DNA from: a virus
Taxonomy: Duplodnaviria; Caudoviricetes
Direction: 5' to 3' (one strand)
IMG/VR virus record: IMGVR_UViG_3300042905_003454
Location: 6,960-70,959 of that record
Length of the DNA stretch: 64,000 bases
Position 1 is the first letter of the stretch. Each line of letters begins with the position of its first letter. A model generated the notes under the pieces. That model searched no databases. It was not told where the DNA came from and saw nothing but the letters and a program-made list of their open reading frames with translations. Both the position numbers and the translations under genes were made by a program. Positions 26,587 through 36,716 of this stretch are shown piece after piece.

Positions 26587-27152
26587 AGATCAAATGGATC
26601 CGGCTTTGGCTTTCGCTTTTTTCTCTTTGCCTTCTTTGGCTGACACATTTCATCAAACCTTACCATGTCGGAATCGGTCAGACCAAAAAAATCTCGTCTT
26701 CCAATATCCATTCCAGCATAGGTTTCATTGAACCAATTTTGAAAGTCTTTGTTGTTCTGTTGTTCTGCAAACTTATATTGAACATACTTTTCTTTCTTTT
26801 CTTTGTTGATTATACGCACAAAAGAAAACCAGCAAATTTGGGTTAGATAACCAAATGGACTGGTTGAACGCTTAGGATCAAAATTGTCTATGTAAGTTAT
26901 GCAATTTAAAACGGCATCAGACACCATTTCGTCTCTATAGGAATAGTTTGCAAAATTTGGTCTATATGACAATCGGCTTGCTATCTTCAATACACACTCA
27001 CCGATGTAATCTGGTAACTTTGGCTTCTTTCGTCCAGAGTTGTCTGCGTCTTTGCACTTCTTTTTGTATTCAACCAAGGCATCGTAGAGCTGCTGATTGT
27101 CTACATAATCAGCATCCGATGGCTTGGCTTTTTTCTTTTTGGTCTTTTTCAC
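26583..27152 (-). CDS. gp55: late-transcription sigma factor
   Basis: YVDN, YIGEC..KIA..LS.RPNF.NY.YRDEM.SD, PF.YLTQI; GTG start. Confidence 0.95.
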   Translation of the reverse strand: MKKTKKKKAKPSDADYVDNQQLYDALVEYKKKCKDADNSGRKKPKLPDYIGECVLKIASRLSYRPNFANYSYRDEMVSDAVLNCITYIDNFDPKRSTSPFGYLTQICWFSFVRIINKEKKEKYVQYKFAEQQNNKDFQNWFNETYAGMDIGRRDFFGLTDSDMVRFDEMCQPKKAKRKKRKPKPDPFDL

Positions 27153-27154
27153 CT

Positions 27155-28075
27155 TTAAAGTGTAGCATCTATATGGGTTTTGTCAAGATATTCCATCAAG
27201 TCTCTGCTTGGAATCCAGTTCAAAACTGATTTTAGTTTTTCTACATTTGCCTTACTATTGCGACACTCACCCATTCTTTCTGGTAAATATTCGTGTTTAG
27301 ATTTGTCTAGTTGAATTTTTGAAGCGATTTCGTTTATGTTATATGCTTTCCCGGTACCAACATTAAACACTTCACCATTGTATTTTTGTTCACTCAAACT
27401 AAACTTATAGTTGGCTTCAACAACATCTTGTACGTGAACAAAATCTCTGGTTTGCAACCCATCACCTATAATTGTGATGTTTTGGTTGTTCTTTTTTTGT
27501 TTTTGAAATATTCCAATGACGGGAGCGTATTGACCCTTAGACGGATTTCTTGGCCCATAGACATTGAAATAACGAAGACAAACCGTGTCTACCCCATAAA
27601 GATTTCCATATAAATTACAATATTGCTCGGCATGCAATTTACTCAATGAATATGGATTAAGGCAATCTGGTTTATTGATTTCTTTCTGCTCTTTTGAAGA
27701 ATTTCCGTATATAGCCGATGTGCTTGATAATATCAATTTTGAAACTGAATATTTTTTGCACAATGACAACATTGTCAGTGTCCCCATTGCATTTACTTCA
27801 AACGCTTTTTGTGGATCTTCAATGCATTTTTGTATTCTGGCTTCTGCTGCAAAATGCAAAACTATATCAGGTTTATATTTGTTAAAAATATCTGAACACA
27901 TTATATAGTCTGAAACATCATAATGGTAATAGATTGCTTTATCATTATAATAAAAATTATCATGAACATCAGAAGAAAGATTGTCTATGACAACAACGGT
28001 ATGTCCTTTGTTGATAAGCAAATCAACTGTATTTGAACCAATAAAACCACACCCACCAGTAACAAGATATTTCAT
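27155..28075 (-). CDS. NAD-dependent nucleotide-sugar epimerase/dehydratase
   Basis: TGGCGFIGS, YSLSK, LRYFNVYGP, TRDFVHV. Confidence 0.9.
   Translation of the reverse strand: MKYLVTGGCGFIGSNTVDLLINKGHTVVVIDNLSSDVHDNFYYNDKAIYYHYDVSDYIMCSDIFNKYKPDIVLHFAAEARIQKCIEDPQKAFEVNAMGTLTMLSLCKKYSVSKLILSSTSAIYGNSSKEQKEINKPDCLNPYSLSKLHAEQYCNLYGNLYGVDTVCLRYFNVYGPRNPSKGQYAPVIGIFQKQKKNNQNITIIGDGLQTRDFVHVQDVVEANYKFSLSEQKYNGEVFNVGTGKAYNINEIASKIQLDKSKHEYLPERMGECRNSKANVEKLKSVLNWIPSRDLMEYLDKTHIDATL
27159..27186 (-). promoter_or_regulatory. sigma70-type promoter TTGACA-N16-TACACT for gp55
   Basis: Embedded in the 3' end of the upstream epimerase; 6 nt before the GTG. Confidence 0.7.
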
Positions 28076-28884
28076 ATAACTTTTTTATCTGATAATTGTT
28101 TTTCTATATTTGAAGCAATAGCCATTGGATCAATATTATTTTTATATAACTTATTATTATCTTCAATTATTGTTTTTAATTTTTCATTACTTGTATTTTT
28201 TATGGTGTTTAAAATACTGGGTATTTCATTTTCATCTTTATATATAAAAAATTTATTATTTTTATAATAAGGATAATCTGGTTTTTGTGAGGCAATAATA
28301 ATATTTCCACACATTAAAGCCTCTGCCATTTTTGAAACTTCTGGAGAAATATAGCCATTTGGACATATTGTAACTATTGCATTTTGCATTTCTTTTAAAT
28401 ATAAATTGTGAGGTAATCCAAAATTAAAATTAGTATTCCAATTTATAGAATTGTTTAAATCATTTTGGCATTTTTGTAAAACATGATATAATTTTTCACG
28501 TGACGGTGTTAACCACATATTACAATATAAAAAATATTTTCTATTTTCTATAGGAATTTGTTCAATTTGGGAATAATTAAAACATACTGGAAATGGAATA
28601 ATTTTGTTGTAATTAAAATAATCAAATGGAGCATATTCTTTTAAAATAAGAACTATGCTTTGATCATTGTAGTAAGGTGGTATCCGATGCCACTCGTCTG
28701 CTAAATCAAAAACAATTTTTAATTTGTCAGTTTTAAACAATAAATCTGTGCATTTTTCATAATCACTTGGGTGACTGCTAACTACAACAATATCAAATTT
28801 ATTTTTTATAACATCATTTAAATTTAAATATATTGATTCAATATATTGTTTTTGTAAAATATTTTGACTAAAAAGTTTTAACAC
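28072..28884 (-). CDS. putative glycosyltransferase (GT-B; exostosin/CgeB-like C-terminus)
   Basis: DEWH, ICPNG...KMAEALMCG.III pattern; island context. Confidence 0.5.
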   Translation of the reverse strand: MLKLFSQNILQKQYIESIYLNLNDVIKNKFDIVVVSSHPSDYEKCTDLLFKTDKLKIVFDLADEWHRIPPYYNDQSIVLILKEYAPFDYFNYNKIIPFPVCFNYSQIEQIPIENRKYFLYCNMWLTPSREKLYHVLQKCQNDLNNSINWNTNFNFGLPHNLYLKEMQNAIVTICPNGYISPEVSKMAEALMCGNIIIASQKPDYPYYKNNKFFIYKDENEIPSILNTIKNTSNEKLKTIIEDNNKLYKNNIDPMAIASNIEKQLSDKKVI

Positions 28885-28899
28885 AATTTTAAATATTCT

Positions 28900-29886
28900 T
28901 TATTTCCAATAAGAATATATTCCCCTTTCAACCTCATAAGAATCCCATTTTTTCTGAATTCTATTGGGTTGGATTTTGGCCCAATTCCACATTTCTGTCA
29001 AGCCATCCTTTAAACTAGTTTTATCTTCATAAAAAAGTATATCTTGTGATTTTTTCCAAGTTGACCATGCATATTTTACTTCGTGTCTTTCTTCAAGATA
29101 GACTTTTTTACCATAACCCATAACCTCTAAAATAATATCTGCAGTATCATTTATAGAGTATTCTTTAATGCCACCCAAATTTATTATTTGTTTTGATGCC
29201 AATTTACTTGTTCCAGCTAACCATAATGGATTTAAACAATCATCAATATAGCTAAATGCACGTTTTTGATCACCACTACCATATATTGTTATTGGTTTAT
29301 TGTTTAAATTTTGATACATCCAAATACCCAAAACGTTTCTGTATTTGTCCCATATATTTTGGTTTTTTCCATAAACATTATGAGGTCTTATTATACACCA
29401 ATCTAAACCATGTTGTATTCCGGCTATTTCAATATCTTGTTCACAAGCAGCTTTGGCGACTCCATAAGGATCTATAGGATTTCTAAGCATAATTTCATCA
29501 AATGGTGGTACATTATTTCCATATACTGCCATCGAAGAAGTAAAAATTAATCTTTTTACATTATGGTTTATACAATTGTTTACTATATTAGCTGTAGACA
29601 AAAGATTATTGTTATAATTAAATTTACGAATAAATGGACTAAGACCTTCTGCGGCATAGGCCGCAAAATGATAGACTAATTCCGGTTTTGTCTCTTTAAA
29701 AATTTTATTAATTTTATCATCTAAACAATTAGATTCATAAAATTTAATTTTAGGATCAATATTTTCTATATAACCACCACTCAAATCATCTACACCAATT
29801 ACATTTATATTTTTATTTTGTTCTAAAAGCCAAGACGAAAATCTTGACCCCAATAATCCAGCAACACCTGTTACTAAAATATTCAT
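28900..29886 (-). CDS. NAD-dependent epimerase/dehydratase
   Basis: TGVAGLLGS, YGVAK, RPHNVYG. Confidence 0.9.
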   Translation of the reverse strand: MNILVTGVAGLLGSRFSSWLLEQNKNINVIGVDDLSGGYIENIDPKIKFYESNCLDDKINKIFKETKPELVYHFAAYAAEGLSPFIRKFNYNNNLLSTANIVNNCINHNVKRLIFTSSMAVYGNNVPPFDEIMLRNPIDPYGVAKAACEQDIEIAGIQHGLDWCIIRPHNVYGKNQNIWDKYRNVLGIWMYQNLNNKPITIYGSGDQKRAFSYIDDCLNPLWLAGTSKLASKQIINLGGIKEYSINDTADIILEVMGYGKKVYLEERHEVKYAWSTWKKSQDILFYEDKTSLKDGLTEMWNWAKIQPNRIQKKWDSYEVERGIYSYWK

Positions 29887-29901
29887 TGTATGTTCTCCAT
29901 T

Positions 29902-30876
29902 TTATCTTTTACAAATTTTTAAATTATGTTCAATCATATCATCCATAAGAGTTTGAAAAGTATATTCGGGTTTCCAGTTAAGAATTTGTCTAATTTTTGT
30001 GGAATCGCCCCTTAAATACTTTAATTCTTCTGGTCTTAAAAATTTTTCATTTTGGACCACATGTTTGGTATAATCTAAATTCAATTTTGTAAACACATAT
30101 TTTACCATATCCAATACAGAATGTGTTTCCATTGTTGATACAACAAAATCATCGGGTTTATCATGATTTATTATTAAATGCATTGCTTTAACATAATCTT
30201 TAGAGTGACCCCAATCTCTGTATGAATCCATATTTCCTAATTCTAAAGTATTTTCATAACCATATTTAATATTAACAGCAGTTTTAATAACTTTACTAGT
30301 AACAAAACTTGACCCTCTTCTTGGAGACTCATGATTAAATAAAATTCCATTTACCGCATGTAAATTATAAGAATTTCTATAATTTCTTACCAAAGAATAA
30401 CCAAATAATTTAGAACAGCCATAAGGACTTACTGGGTGCATTGGAGTGGTTTCTCTTTGAAATCCATCATCGTCAACAGAATTACCAAACATCTCAGAAG
30501 AACTTGCTTGATAAAATTTTGCATTTGGACAAGATCGCCTGTATGCTTCCAAAATATTCATGACACCCAAACCATTTGTCTGTGCTGTAAATTGTGGAAT
30601 TTCAAAACTTACTTTAACATGGCTTTGTGCTGCTAAATTATAGATTTCATCTGGTTGTATTTTATCTAATAAACGTTCTAAACTAGATTGATCTAATAAA
30701 TCGCCATAACTAATATTTAATTTTTCTCTAATTTCATTAGAAAATCGGTTTTGTTGATTTTCTGCAACAGAATTTCTTCTAACAATTCCATAAACATCAT
30801 ACCCTAAACTTAAAAGATATTCTCCTAGATATGATCCGTCTTGACCGTTTATTCCGGTAATAAAAGCCTTTTTCAT
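29902..30876 (-). CDS. gmd: GDP-mannose 4,6-dehydratase
   Basis: ITGINGQDGSYL, NLAAQSHV, QASSSEMFG, GILFNHESPRRG, RDWGH. Confidence 0.95.
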   Translation of the reverse strand: MKKAFITGINGQDGSYLGEYLLSLGYDVYGIVRRNSVAENQQNRFSNEIREKLNISYGDLLDQSSLERLLDKIQPDEIYNLAAQSHVKVSFEIPQFTAQTNGLGVMNILEAYRRSCPNAKFYQASSSEMFGNSVDDDGFQRETTPMHPVSPYGCSKLFGYSLVRNYRNSYNLHAVNGILFNHESPRRGSSFVTSKVIKTAVNIKYGYENTLELGNMDSYRDWGHSKDYVKAMHLIINHDKPDDFVVSTMETHSVLDMVKYVFTKLNLDYTKHVVQNEKFLRPEELKYLRGDSTKIRQILNWKPEYTFQTLMDDMIEHNLKICKR

Positions 30877-30879
30877 AAA

Positions 30880-31470
30880 TTACTTTCTAAAAATATCCAT
30901 CTCTGTTAAATCCGGCCAATCTTGGATAGTCCATTGAACCGGAGGTGTTTCGATTGCTTTTGGTAATTTTTCTAATCCCAACTTTGCTGTTTCTGGTGTC
31001 ATATAATAATGATATCCAACAGTGGATATATTTTGATCTCTCCACGGAACATTGTGTTCTCTTCCATCATATGACATTTTTTTAAGTTGGTTTGCCGCTT
31101 CTAAATTATCTGTAAGAATTATACCACCTCTGCCAAGCGAAAGATGTTTTTTGTATTGAAAACTTATATTCATGTAAGTATTTTGAATATAACTATTTTT
31201 TTTCCATAATACTGCTGCGTCAATTATATTTTCAGTAAGATAGTAATAATCTTTCCAGTTTTCATCTTTCCACTCAAGTATAATATTTAATTTTTTGGCT
31301 AAAAAAGGAATAGAAAGATACGTGTGTTTTGGCACACATATCTTTTCATTTTTTTTATATCTTAAACACAGTTCTACACCATGTGTACATGAATCCACGG
31401 CTATTGCGTATGGAGCTCCAAAAAAATTTTTAATTTCATTTTCAAACTGTGTTATTAAATCAAAATCCAT
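30880..31470 (-). CDS. short DegT/DnrJ/EryC1/StrS-family PLP sugar aminotransferase
   Basis: FE....FGAPYAIAVDSCT, IDAA, SFQYKKHL..GRGG; only about 196 aa (start MDFDL). Confidence 0.75.
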   Translation of the reverse strand: MDFDLITQFENEIKNFFGAPYAIAVDSCTHGVELCLRYKKNEKICVPKHTYLSIPFLAKKLNIILEWKDENWKDYYYLTENIIDAAVLWKKNSYIQNTYMNISFQYKKHLSLGRGGIILTDNLEAANQLKKMSYDGREHNVPWRDQNISTVGYHYYMTPETAKLGLEKLPKAIETPPVQWTIQDWPDLTEMDIFRK

Positions 31471-31497
31471 AAAAATTAACAATCTAGTTATTTATGT

Positions 31498-31525
31498 AAT
31501 ATAATATATTATTTTATAATGTCAA
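31498..31525 (-). promoter_or_regulatory. internal promoter TTGACA-N16-TATATT, with late-type ATAAATA at 31489-31495
   Basis: Intergenic gap upstream of the aminotransferase-gmd-epimerase sub-operon. Confidence 0.6.
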
Positions 31526-31529
31526 AAAA

Positions 31530-32060
31530 TTATATTTCAGAATAACCCAACTTTTTTGCATTATTTAATATTATTGATGGGTCTATTTTTTTAACCAAAA
31601 CTGCTGGATTACCTTTATACACTCCCCACTCTTCTGTTTCACCCATAAGCAAACTTCCTGCGGTTAATAGTACACCCCTTCTTAAAATCGATCCGGGAAG
31701 AACTATTGCATTGGTGCTAACATTTGAAAACTCTTCCATCGTGACAGGTTTATTTATTTGTGTTCCTTTATATTCATTTGGAATCATTGCCCCAAATAAT
31801 CCGCTTCCATCAAATCTATCTGAAGCACAAATTATTCTGGCACCAGCCATAATATTATTAAATCCTTTAACTTCAAAATAAGAATTTTTACCACCTATAA
31901 TAGTAACATACGGTCCAATGTGAACATACGAACCAATTTTAATATTGGGTGTGCAGTAAAATCCTTTATCTATTGCAATGTTTGATCCATTTATTGATAG
32001 AGAATTTTTTACAAAATTATCATTATCAATTAGTACATTTGTACCTTTTATATCAATCAT
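31530..32060 (-). CDS. hexapeptide-repeat (LbH) acetyltransferase
   Basis: IKIGSYVHIGPYVTIIGG, VLPG, YKGNPA. Confidence 0.8.
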   Translation of the reverse strand: MIDIKGTNVLIDNDNFVKNSLSINGSNIAIDKGFYCTPNIKIGSYVHIGPYVTIIGGKNSYFEVKGFNNIMAGARIICASDRFDGSGLFGAMIPNEYKGTQINKPVTMEEFSNVSTNAIVLPGSILRRGVLLTAGSLLMGETEEWGVYKGNPAVLVKKIDPSIILNNAKKLGYSEI

Positions 32061-32641
32061 AAGGATTTTACGAAGTCGTCAACTGTTATAAGATTTAATA
32101 GTTTTGTTCTATTTAAATTAAAAAATTCATAATTTAAATTGTAGGGGTCTTCTACGTCTATAAGATCTTGGTATCCTTCAGAGATTATACCACACCCGTA
32201 ATCCGTATCAATGACTCTCATGTACAAATCTTTTCTTTCAGTTTTTAATTTGACCCAAGCTTTCCAACAATCTCCTGTCCATGGAGCCCCAGACATTGGT
32301 TCGGGATACCTTTGTACAAATTCATTGTAAGGATTCATGTCGTGGCAAATAATATATCCATTTGTATTTAATATTTTTAAAGAATTTATTATATCAAAAT
32401 ATACTTGTTTGCACCAGTGCAAACCATCAATAAAGATTATATCAAATTTTTCTGTATTTTGTTTAAAAAAATCATCGGATGTCATTTTAAACGAAACTGG
32501 AACACATGGATTTGGATCTACTGATATTTTATAATCACAAACTATCGAATTAAAATTTATTCCGGGCCCCATTCCTATTTCTAGATAGGATTTAGCATTT
32601 ATCTTGTTTATTAAACGTTGTATTATTTCTGTTCTTAACAT
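32057..32641 (-). CDS. class I SAM-dependent methyltransferase
   Basis: SYLEIG, SDDFF, FDIIFIDGLH, ICHD. Confidence 0.85.
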   Translation of the reverse strand: MLRTEIIQRLINKINAKSYLEIGMGPGINFNSIVCDYKISVDPNPCVPVSFKMTSDDFFKQNTEKFDIIFIDGLHWCKQVYFDIINSLKILNTNGYIICHDMNPYNEFVQRYPEPMSGAPWTGDCWKAWVKLKTERKDLYMRVIDTDYGCGIISEGYQDLIDVEDPYNLNYEFFNLNRTKLLNLITVDDFVKSL

Positions 32642-32642
32642 A

Positions 32643-33527
32643 TTATGCCTTAAACACTTTCTTTATATTTTCGTTCCACAATATTCCCCCACAAAATAAT
32701 CCAGATATTTTTCCAAAAAGATAATCGCATTTTCCTAACAATTTAGTTTGTATTATAGCTTCTTCACCCAATAAACGGCGATGATTTTCTCTTTTTGTGC
32801 TAATTTCTATCCAGCAATGTACTTTGTTATAGTACTCCGGTGTTTCATCAGTTTTTCTAAAGACATCGGGAATATAATAAGAATTTGGAAAAGTTTTTGA
32901 CAAGGTTTCTATATAATCACTATCTTCGCTAACAAAAAATAATTTATTTATTTGAGGATTTTCATCTAGTATTGTTTGTATTTTTTTTACATAATCTTGA
33001 ATAGTAAAAATTCCATATTCTGGATGAATAGCATCAAATTCTGTTCCCCGTATCATCATACCTAGAGTAGTATAGCCTTTTAATTCTTTTTCATAGATTT
33101 CATTAACTTTATCTAAAATAAATTGTTTTGGTTTTATATACAATTTATCAACCGTTTGTTGTCTGATAAGTTGATCCGGCTGATCAAAATAATGTTTTGA
33201 ATGATCTATTATTTCTGATCTCCTTGGAACAGTACAATCTATGATAATATCGTCTGGCTGTGGAATATCTTGATCAAACCAATAATCAAATGGGTTACCG
33301 TTTGGAACCAATATGCTGGTTTGTCTAGTTTGTCCCGATATATCACTCATGTTTGGTGTAAAACCTTCAACCCATGTAGTTCTACCCCAATCAATATATG
33401 GGATTCCTTCTCCTTTAGTTTCATGATGGTGGATAAGATGCTCTAGACAAATTCTATAATTTGAAAAAAATCCATAACCGTAACCCCATCCATGGTAAAT
33501 TGGCTGTATTCTATAATATTTTTTCAT
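32643..33527 (-). CDS. NodZ/GT23-like O-fucosyltransferase
   Basis: GFFS, LGMMIRGTE, FFVSED, LLGKCDYL...S. Confidence 0.65.
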   Translation of the reverse strand: MKKYYRIQPIYHGWGYGYGFFSNYRICLEHLIHHHETKGEGIPYIDWGRTTWVEGFTPNMSDISGQTRQTSILVPNGNPFDYWFDQDIPQPDDIIIDCTVPRRSEIIDHSKHYFDQPDQLIRQQTVDKLYIKPKQFILDKVNEIYEKELKGYTTLGMMIRGTEFDAIHPEYGIFTIQDYVKKIQTILDENPQINKLFFVSEDSDYIETLSKTFPNSYYIPDVFRKTDETPEYYNKVHCWIEISTKRENHRRLLGEEAIIQTKLLGKCDYLFGKISGLFCGGILWNENIKKVFKA

Positions 33528-33940
33528 TTTAAAAATTCTTTATCTAAGGCCAGTCCTTCATATGGTCCAGTTTTATATTCATAAACAATTGTATTTGGTT
33601 CAAGGATAAGGTAATTGTGACCACCGTATAAAGTAAAACTTGCATCACCGGGATTTAAAATAACTTCTGTTAACATAGAATCATCAATATCATAAAAAAT
33701 TGATTTAATTTTACCTTTAATTACAATCCAAGATTCTTGTGCTATCTGATTTGTATAACTTCTACTTTTTTCTATGTGCTTGTGGGCTTTAAATGTTTGA
33801 TTATTTTCTAGACACATAAACGAACATTGTAAAAAATTATCTTCAGGAATAATGTTTACCCTCGCAGATACATTTTCTAGTCTATGGACAAGATGAAGTA
33901 GTTTATTTGGTTCAACTTTAGAATAATATTTTTCAATCAT
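33524..33940 (-). CDS. WbuC-like cupin
   Basis: AHKH, QESW.V..G, GGH, EYKTGPY....DK. Confidence 0.7.
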   Translation of the reverse strand: MIEKYYSKVEPNKLLHLVHRLENVSARVNIIPEDNFLQCSFMCLENNQTFKAHKHIEKSRSYTNQIAQESWIVIKGKIKSIFYDIDDSMLTEVILNPGDASFTLYGGHNYLILEPNTIVYEYKTGPYEGLALDKEFLK

Positions 33941-34734
33941 GCGTCTATTTTTTCCCACCTATTAGGTATAATATCACTTATGTTGTGATAAGATAATACT
34001 GGACCAAACCATTGTTTTGGAGCGATCACTCTATTTATGTCTTCCTTCATCCACGCACCCCACCAACTAAAACTAGAATTAGACATTATACAATTTTTTC
34101 CTTCTTTCATTAAAAATAAATCTATGTAATCTTTATTATTTTCCATAAAAATATATTGATCACCGATAAAATTATTTTTACATGTTTGAATGTCATCGCT
34201 AAAAATAATATAAGGTAACTTAGAATTTAAAAGTTTTATACCATTTAAAAAATATGAAATTGGTAAGTTATTGTGAGAATAAGGATTTTTAACATAATCC
34301 CCGAGACGGATGTGTATAACATTAAATTGTTTTGGTAATGTTTTTAAGATTAGACTTATTTTATTTTTTATATCATCTGTGGGTTCAAAATATTTTAATA
34401 TTTGATCTCTGTATTTGTAAAAATACTTTTCACTTTGAAAAAAACCGTTTACTATTGAATTATCTTGTGGTATATGGGGATCATAGTGAAAAGGGTATTC
34501 ATATTTTGGAATATTATTTTTTGGTGATTCTACTATACATTTTTGAAATAGATGCAAGTAGTCATTGGCATAATTTATTTTTGGGTTATGATATTGCTCA
34601 TCATTTAAAAATTTTAAATGATCAAATAAATTTGGAAAAGATGGTTGCGTATTATTTTCTTTTGCAAATGCATATGTTGCTGCCATTTGAAAAAGCATAT
34701 TACACAAACCACCTTTTAAATAACAATATATCAC
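33937..34734 (-). CDS. GT11 alpha-1,2-fucosyltransferase-like
   Basis: GGL.NMLFQ, GFFQSEKYF, HIRLGDY, FSDD, NSSFSWWGA. Confidence 0.9.
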   Translation of the reverse strand: MIYCYLKGGLCNMLFQMAATYAFAKENNTQPSFPNLFDHLKFLNDEQYHNPKINYANDYLHLFQKCIVESPKNNIPKYEYPFHYDPHIPQDNSIVNGFFQSEKYFYKYRDQILKYFEPTDDIKNKISLILKTLPKQFNVIHIRLGDYVKNPYSHNNLPISYFLNGIKLLNSKLPYIIFSDDIQTCKNNFIGDQYIFMENNKDYIDLFLMKEGKNCIMSNSSFSWWGAWMKEDINRVIAPKQWFGPVLSYHNISDIIPNRWEKIDA

Positions 34735-34738
34735 AGTA

Positions 34739-35386
34739 TTAACGCTCTACAGAAGTTCCCAAAGAGTAAATATAAAGTCTTTCTGGTAATTGATAAAATT
34801 TATAACCACTATTTGCAGCACGTTTCCACAAATCCCAGTCTTCAGCACCTTTTACATTATTATAAAAATTTAATTGTTTTAAAGCAGACATTTTAATTAT
34901 CATAGAACCATGAGTCAAAACATTTTCATATGGTAAAATATTTACTATATCGTCATGTGTATTGTACATATTATTATCAAAACAACTTGGATATAGTATT
35001 TTTTTTCTATTATATATGGCATATGTATGGGTTCCTAAAAAGTCTACTTCTTTATTTTTTAAAAAATTTAATTGTTTTTCAATTTTATCAGCTACATATA
35101 AATCATCTGAATCTAAAAATCCTACATATTCTGTATCAACTTTTGATAATCCATAATTTTTAGCATTTGCTAAACCATTTTTTTTATTTTTTTCTAAAAT
35201 AACATTTTCAAAAGTTGCTAAGGACTGTTCTACGATAAATTTTGTTTTATACCAACATTCATCCAATACTACAACAACTTTAAAATTTTTACAAGTTTGT
35301 TCACACAATGAATCTATTGCTTCTTTTAGATAACAATCATTCGTATCGTTATTGCTGTGAACACAAATTAAAATAGTTAAATTCAT
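34739..35386 (-). CDS. GT2 glycosyltransferase
   Basis: N.GLA.AKNYG, FLDSDD, EDWDLW. Confidence 0.85.
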   Translation of the reverse strand: MNLTILICVHSNNDTNDCYLKEAIDSLCEQTCKNFKVVVVLDECWYKTKFIVEQSLATFENVILEKNKKNGLANAKNYGLSKVDTEYVGFLDSDDLYVADKIEKQLNFLKNKEVDFLGTHTYAIYNRKKILYPSCFDNNMYNTHDDIVNILPYENVLTHGSMIIKMSALKQLNFYNNVKGAEDWDLWKRAANSGYKFYQLPERLYIYSLGTSVER

Positions 35387-36216
35387 ATTGAAAATAATAA
35401 ATTTAAACGTTCTATGTAAGAATGTTTTTTAGATAATTCGTAACCTCTACTACTTATATCAAGTAAATCGTTATTTTTTACATATTGTATTTTGTCAATA
35501 AGTTCTGATGTATCTTTATACATCAAGCAATTTACATTATCTTTAAAACCTAATTCTATATACTGTGGATTGTAATTCGTCAATAATATTGTCCCACATC
35601 CTATAGTTTCAAACGACCTATAATTTATATCATTTGATATATTCAGATTAAACTGACATTTATATGAGTTAACAGTTTTAACCATTTCATCACCAATTAC
35701 AAATATATCTAAATGCAAACCAAAAGATTGTTGTAGCCATTCCAATACTGGTCTTCTGTTTACATAATTTCCACAGAATCCAATATCATATTTTTTTGAT
35801 ATATCTAACTTTTTAATTAGCGTATCGTCAAATGCATTTGGAAACCAAATATGGTAAGATTTTTTTACAAAATCTTTTGTAGAATGCATTAGATAATCAT
35901 ATTTACCTTTAATGAAAGTGTTTTCAAATATTTGCTCTCCTCTACAATGAGCATCTATACTCCATAAAAATTTTTTTGGTTTATTAATTTTTGCTAAGTC
36001 TGGAACCCAGTTAGATTCATCATAATTTTCAAGATTTATAATCCAATCATATGATTCCCAGTCCAAATCATCTTCGTAATTATCATGTCCTAAACCCCAA
36101 ACATCTGCATCAAATCCATGATAACTAAAAGCTCTTTGTAAAGAAAAACACTCTCTATAATTTTGATTTTGTTTATGCCTTCCGTTTTCTTGGATTAATA
36201 ATACTCTTTTATTCAC
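35383..36216 (-). CDS. CgeB-like GT-B glycosyltransferase
   Basis: YDIGFCG, N.S.DINYRSFE..GCG..LLT, HSY..R. Confidence 0.75.
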   Translation of the reverse strand: MNKRVLLIQENGRHKQNQNYRECFSLQRAFSYHGFDADVWGLGHDNYEDDLDWESYDWIINLENYDESNWVPDLAKINKPKKFLWSIDAHCRGEQIFENTFIKGKYDYLMHSTKDFVKKSYHIWFPNAFDDTLIKKLDISKKYDIGFCGNYVNRRPVLEWLQQSFGLHLDIFVIGDEMVKTVNSYKCQFNLNISNDINYRSFETIGCGTILLTNYNPQYIELGFKDNVNCLMYKDTSELIDKIQYVKNNDLLDISSRGYELSKKHSYIERLNLLFSI

Positions 36217-36716
36217 TTTTCAATCCATGCACTAAAAGTAAATTCACCATTTTGATTATGGTCTTCAGTTTTGTATCCTAAGTCTTTAAACATTTTAGAT
36301 TCTAATGTTGTTACATGCTTTTCATAAGCATTTCCATATAAAGCATCCTGCTCATATAAGCCAATTGGCGCTTGATATATTACTAACTTATTTGCCTTGG
36401 ATTCAATCTCATGTCTACAAGACAAAAAATCATCCCAAGTAATGTGTTCTGGCCCATGTAACCAAATAATTGCATCAAAACTACGATCCAAATTTTTGAT
36501 ATTTACAACATTCATTTCAATTACATCCATACCATACTGTCGCATATAATTACAATTTTCAGAAAAAACCTCTAAAATAGAAAAAGATTTTCCTAATTTT
36601 TCACATGCATTTTTAATTGTTGGATCTGAGGTATGTCGATAACCAATATTTAAAATTGATTTTATGGAACTGTTATTTACAACTTTATCAAATATTAATT
36701 TAGTTTGTCCGTTCAT
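36213..36716 (-). CDS. methyltransferase-like protein
   Basis: SILNIG, FDAIIWLHGPEH pattern; likely start MNGQ. Confidence 0.5.
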   Translation of the reverse strand: MNGQTKLIFDKVVNNSSIKSILNIGYRHTSDPTIKNACEKLGKSFSILEVFSENCNYMRQYGMDVIEMNVVNIKNLDRSFDAIIWLHGPEHITWDDFLSCRHEIESKANKLVIYQAPIGLYEQDALYGNAYEKHVTTLESKMFKDLGYKTEDHNQNGEFTFSAWIEK

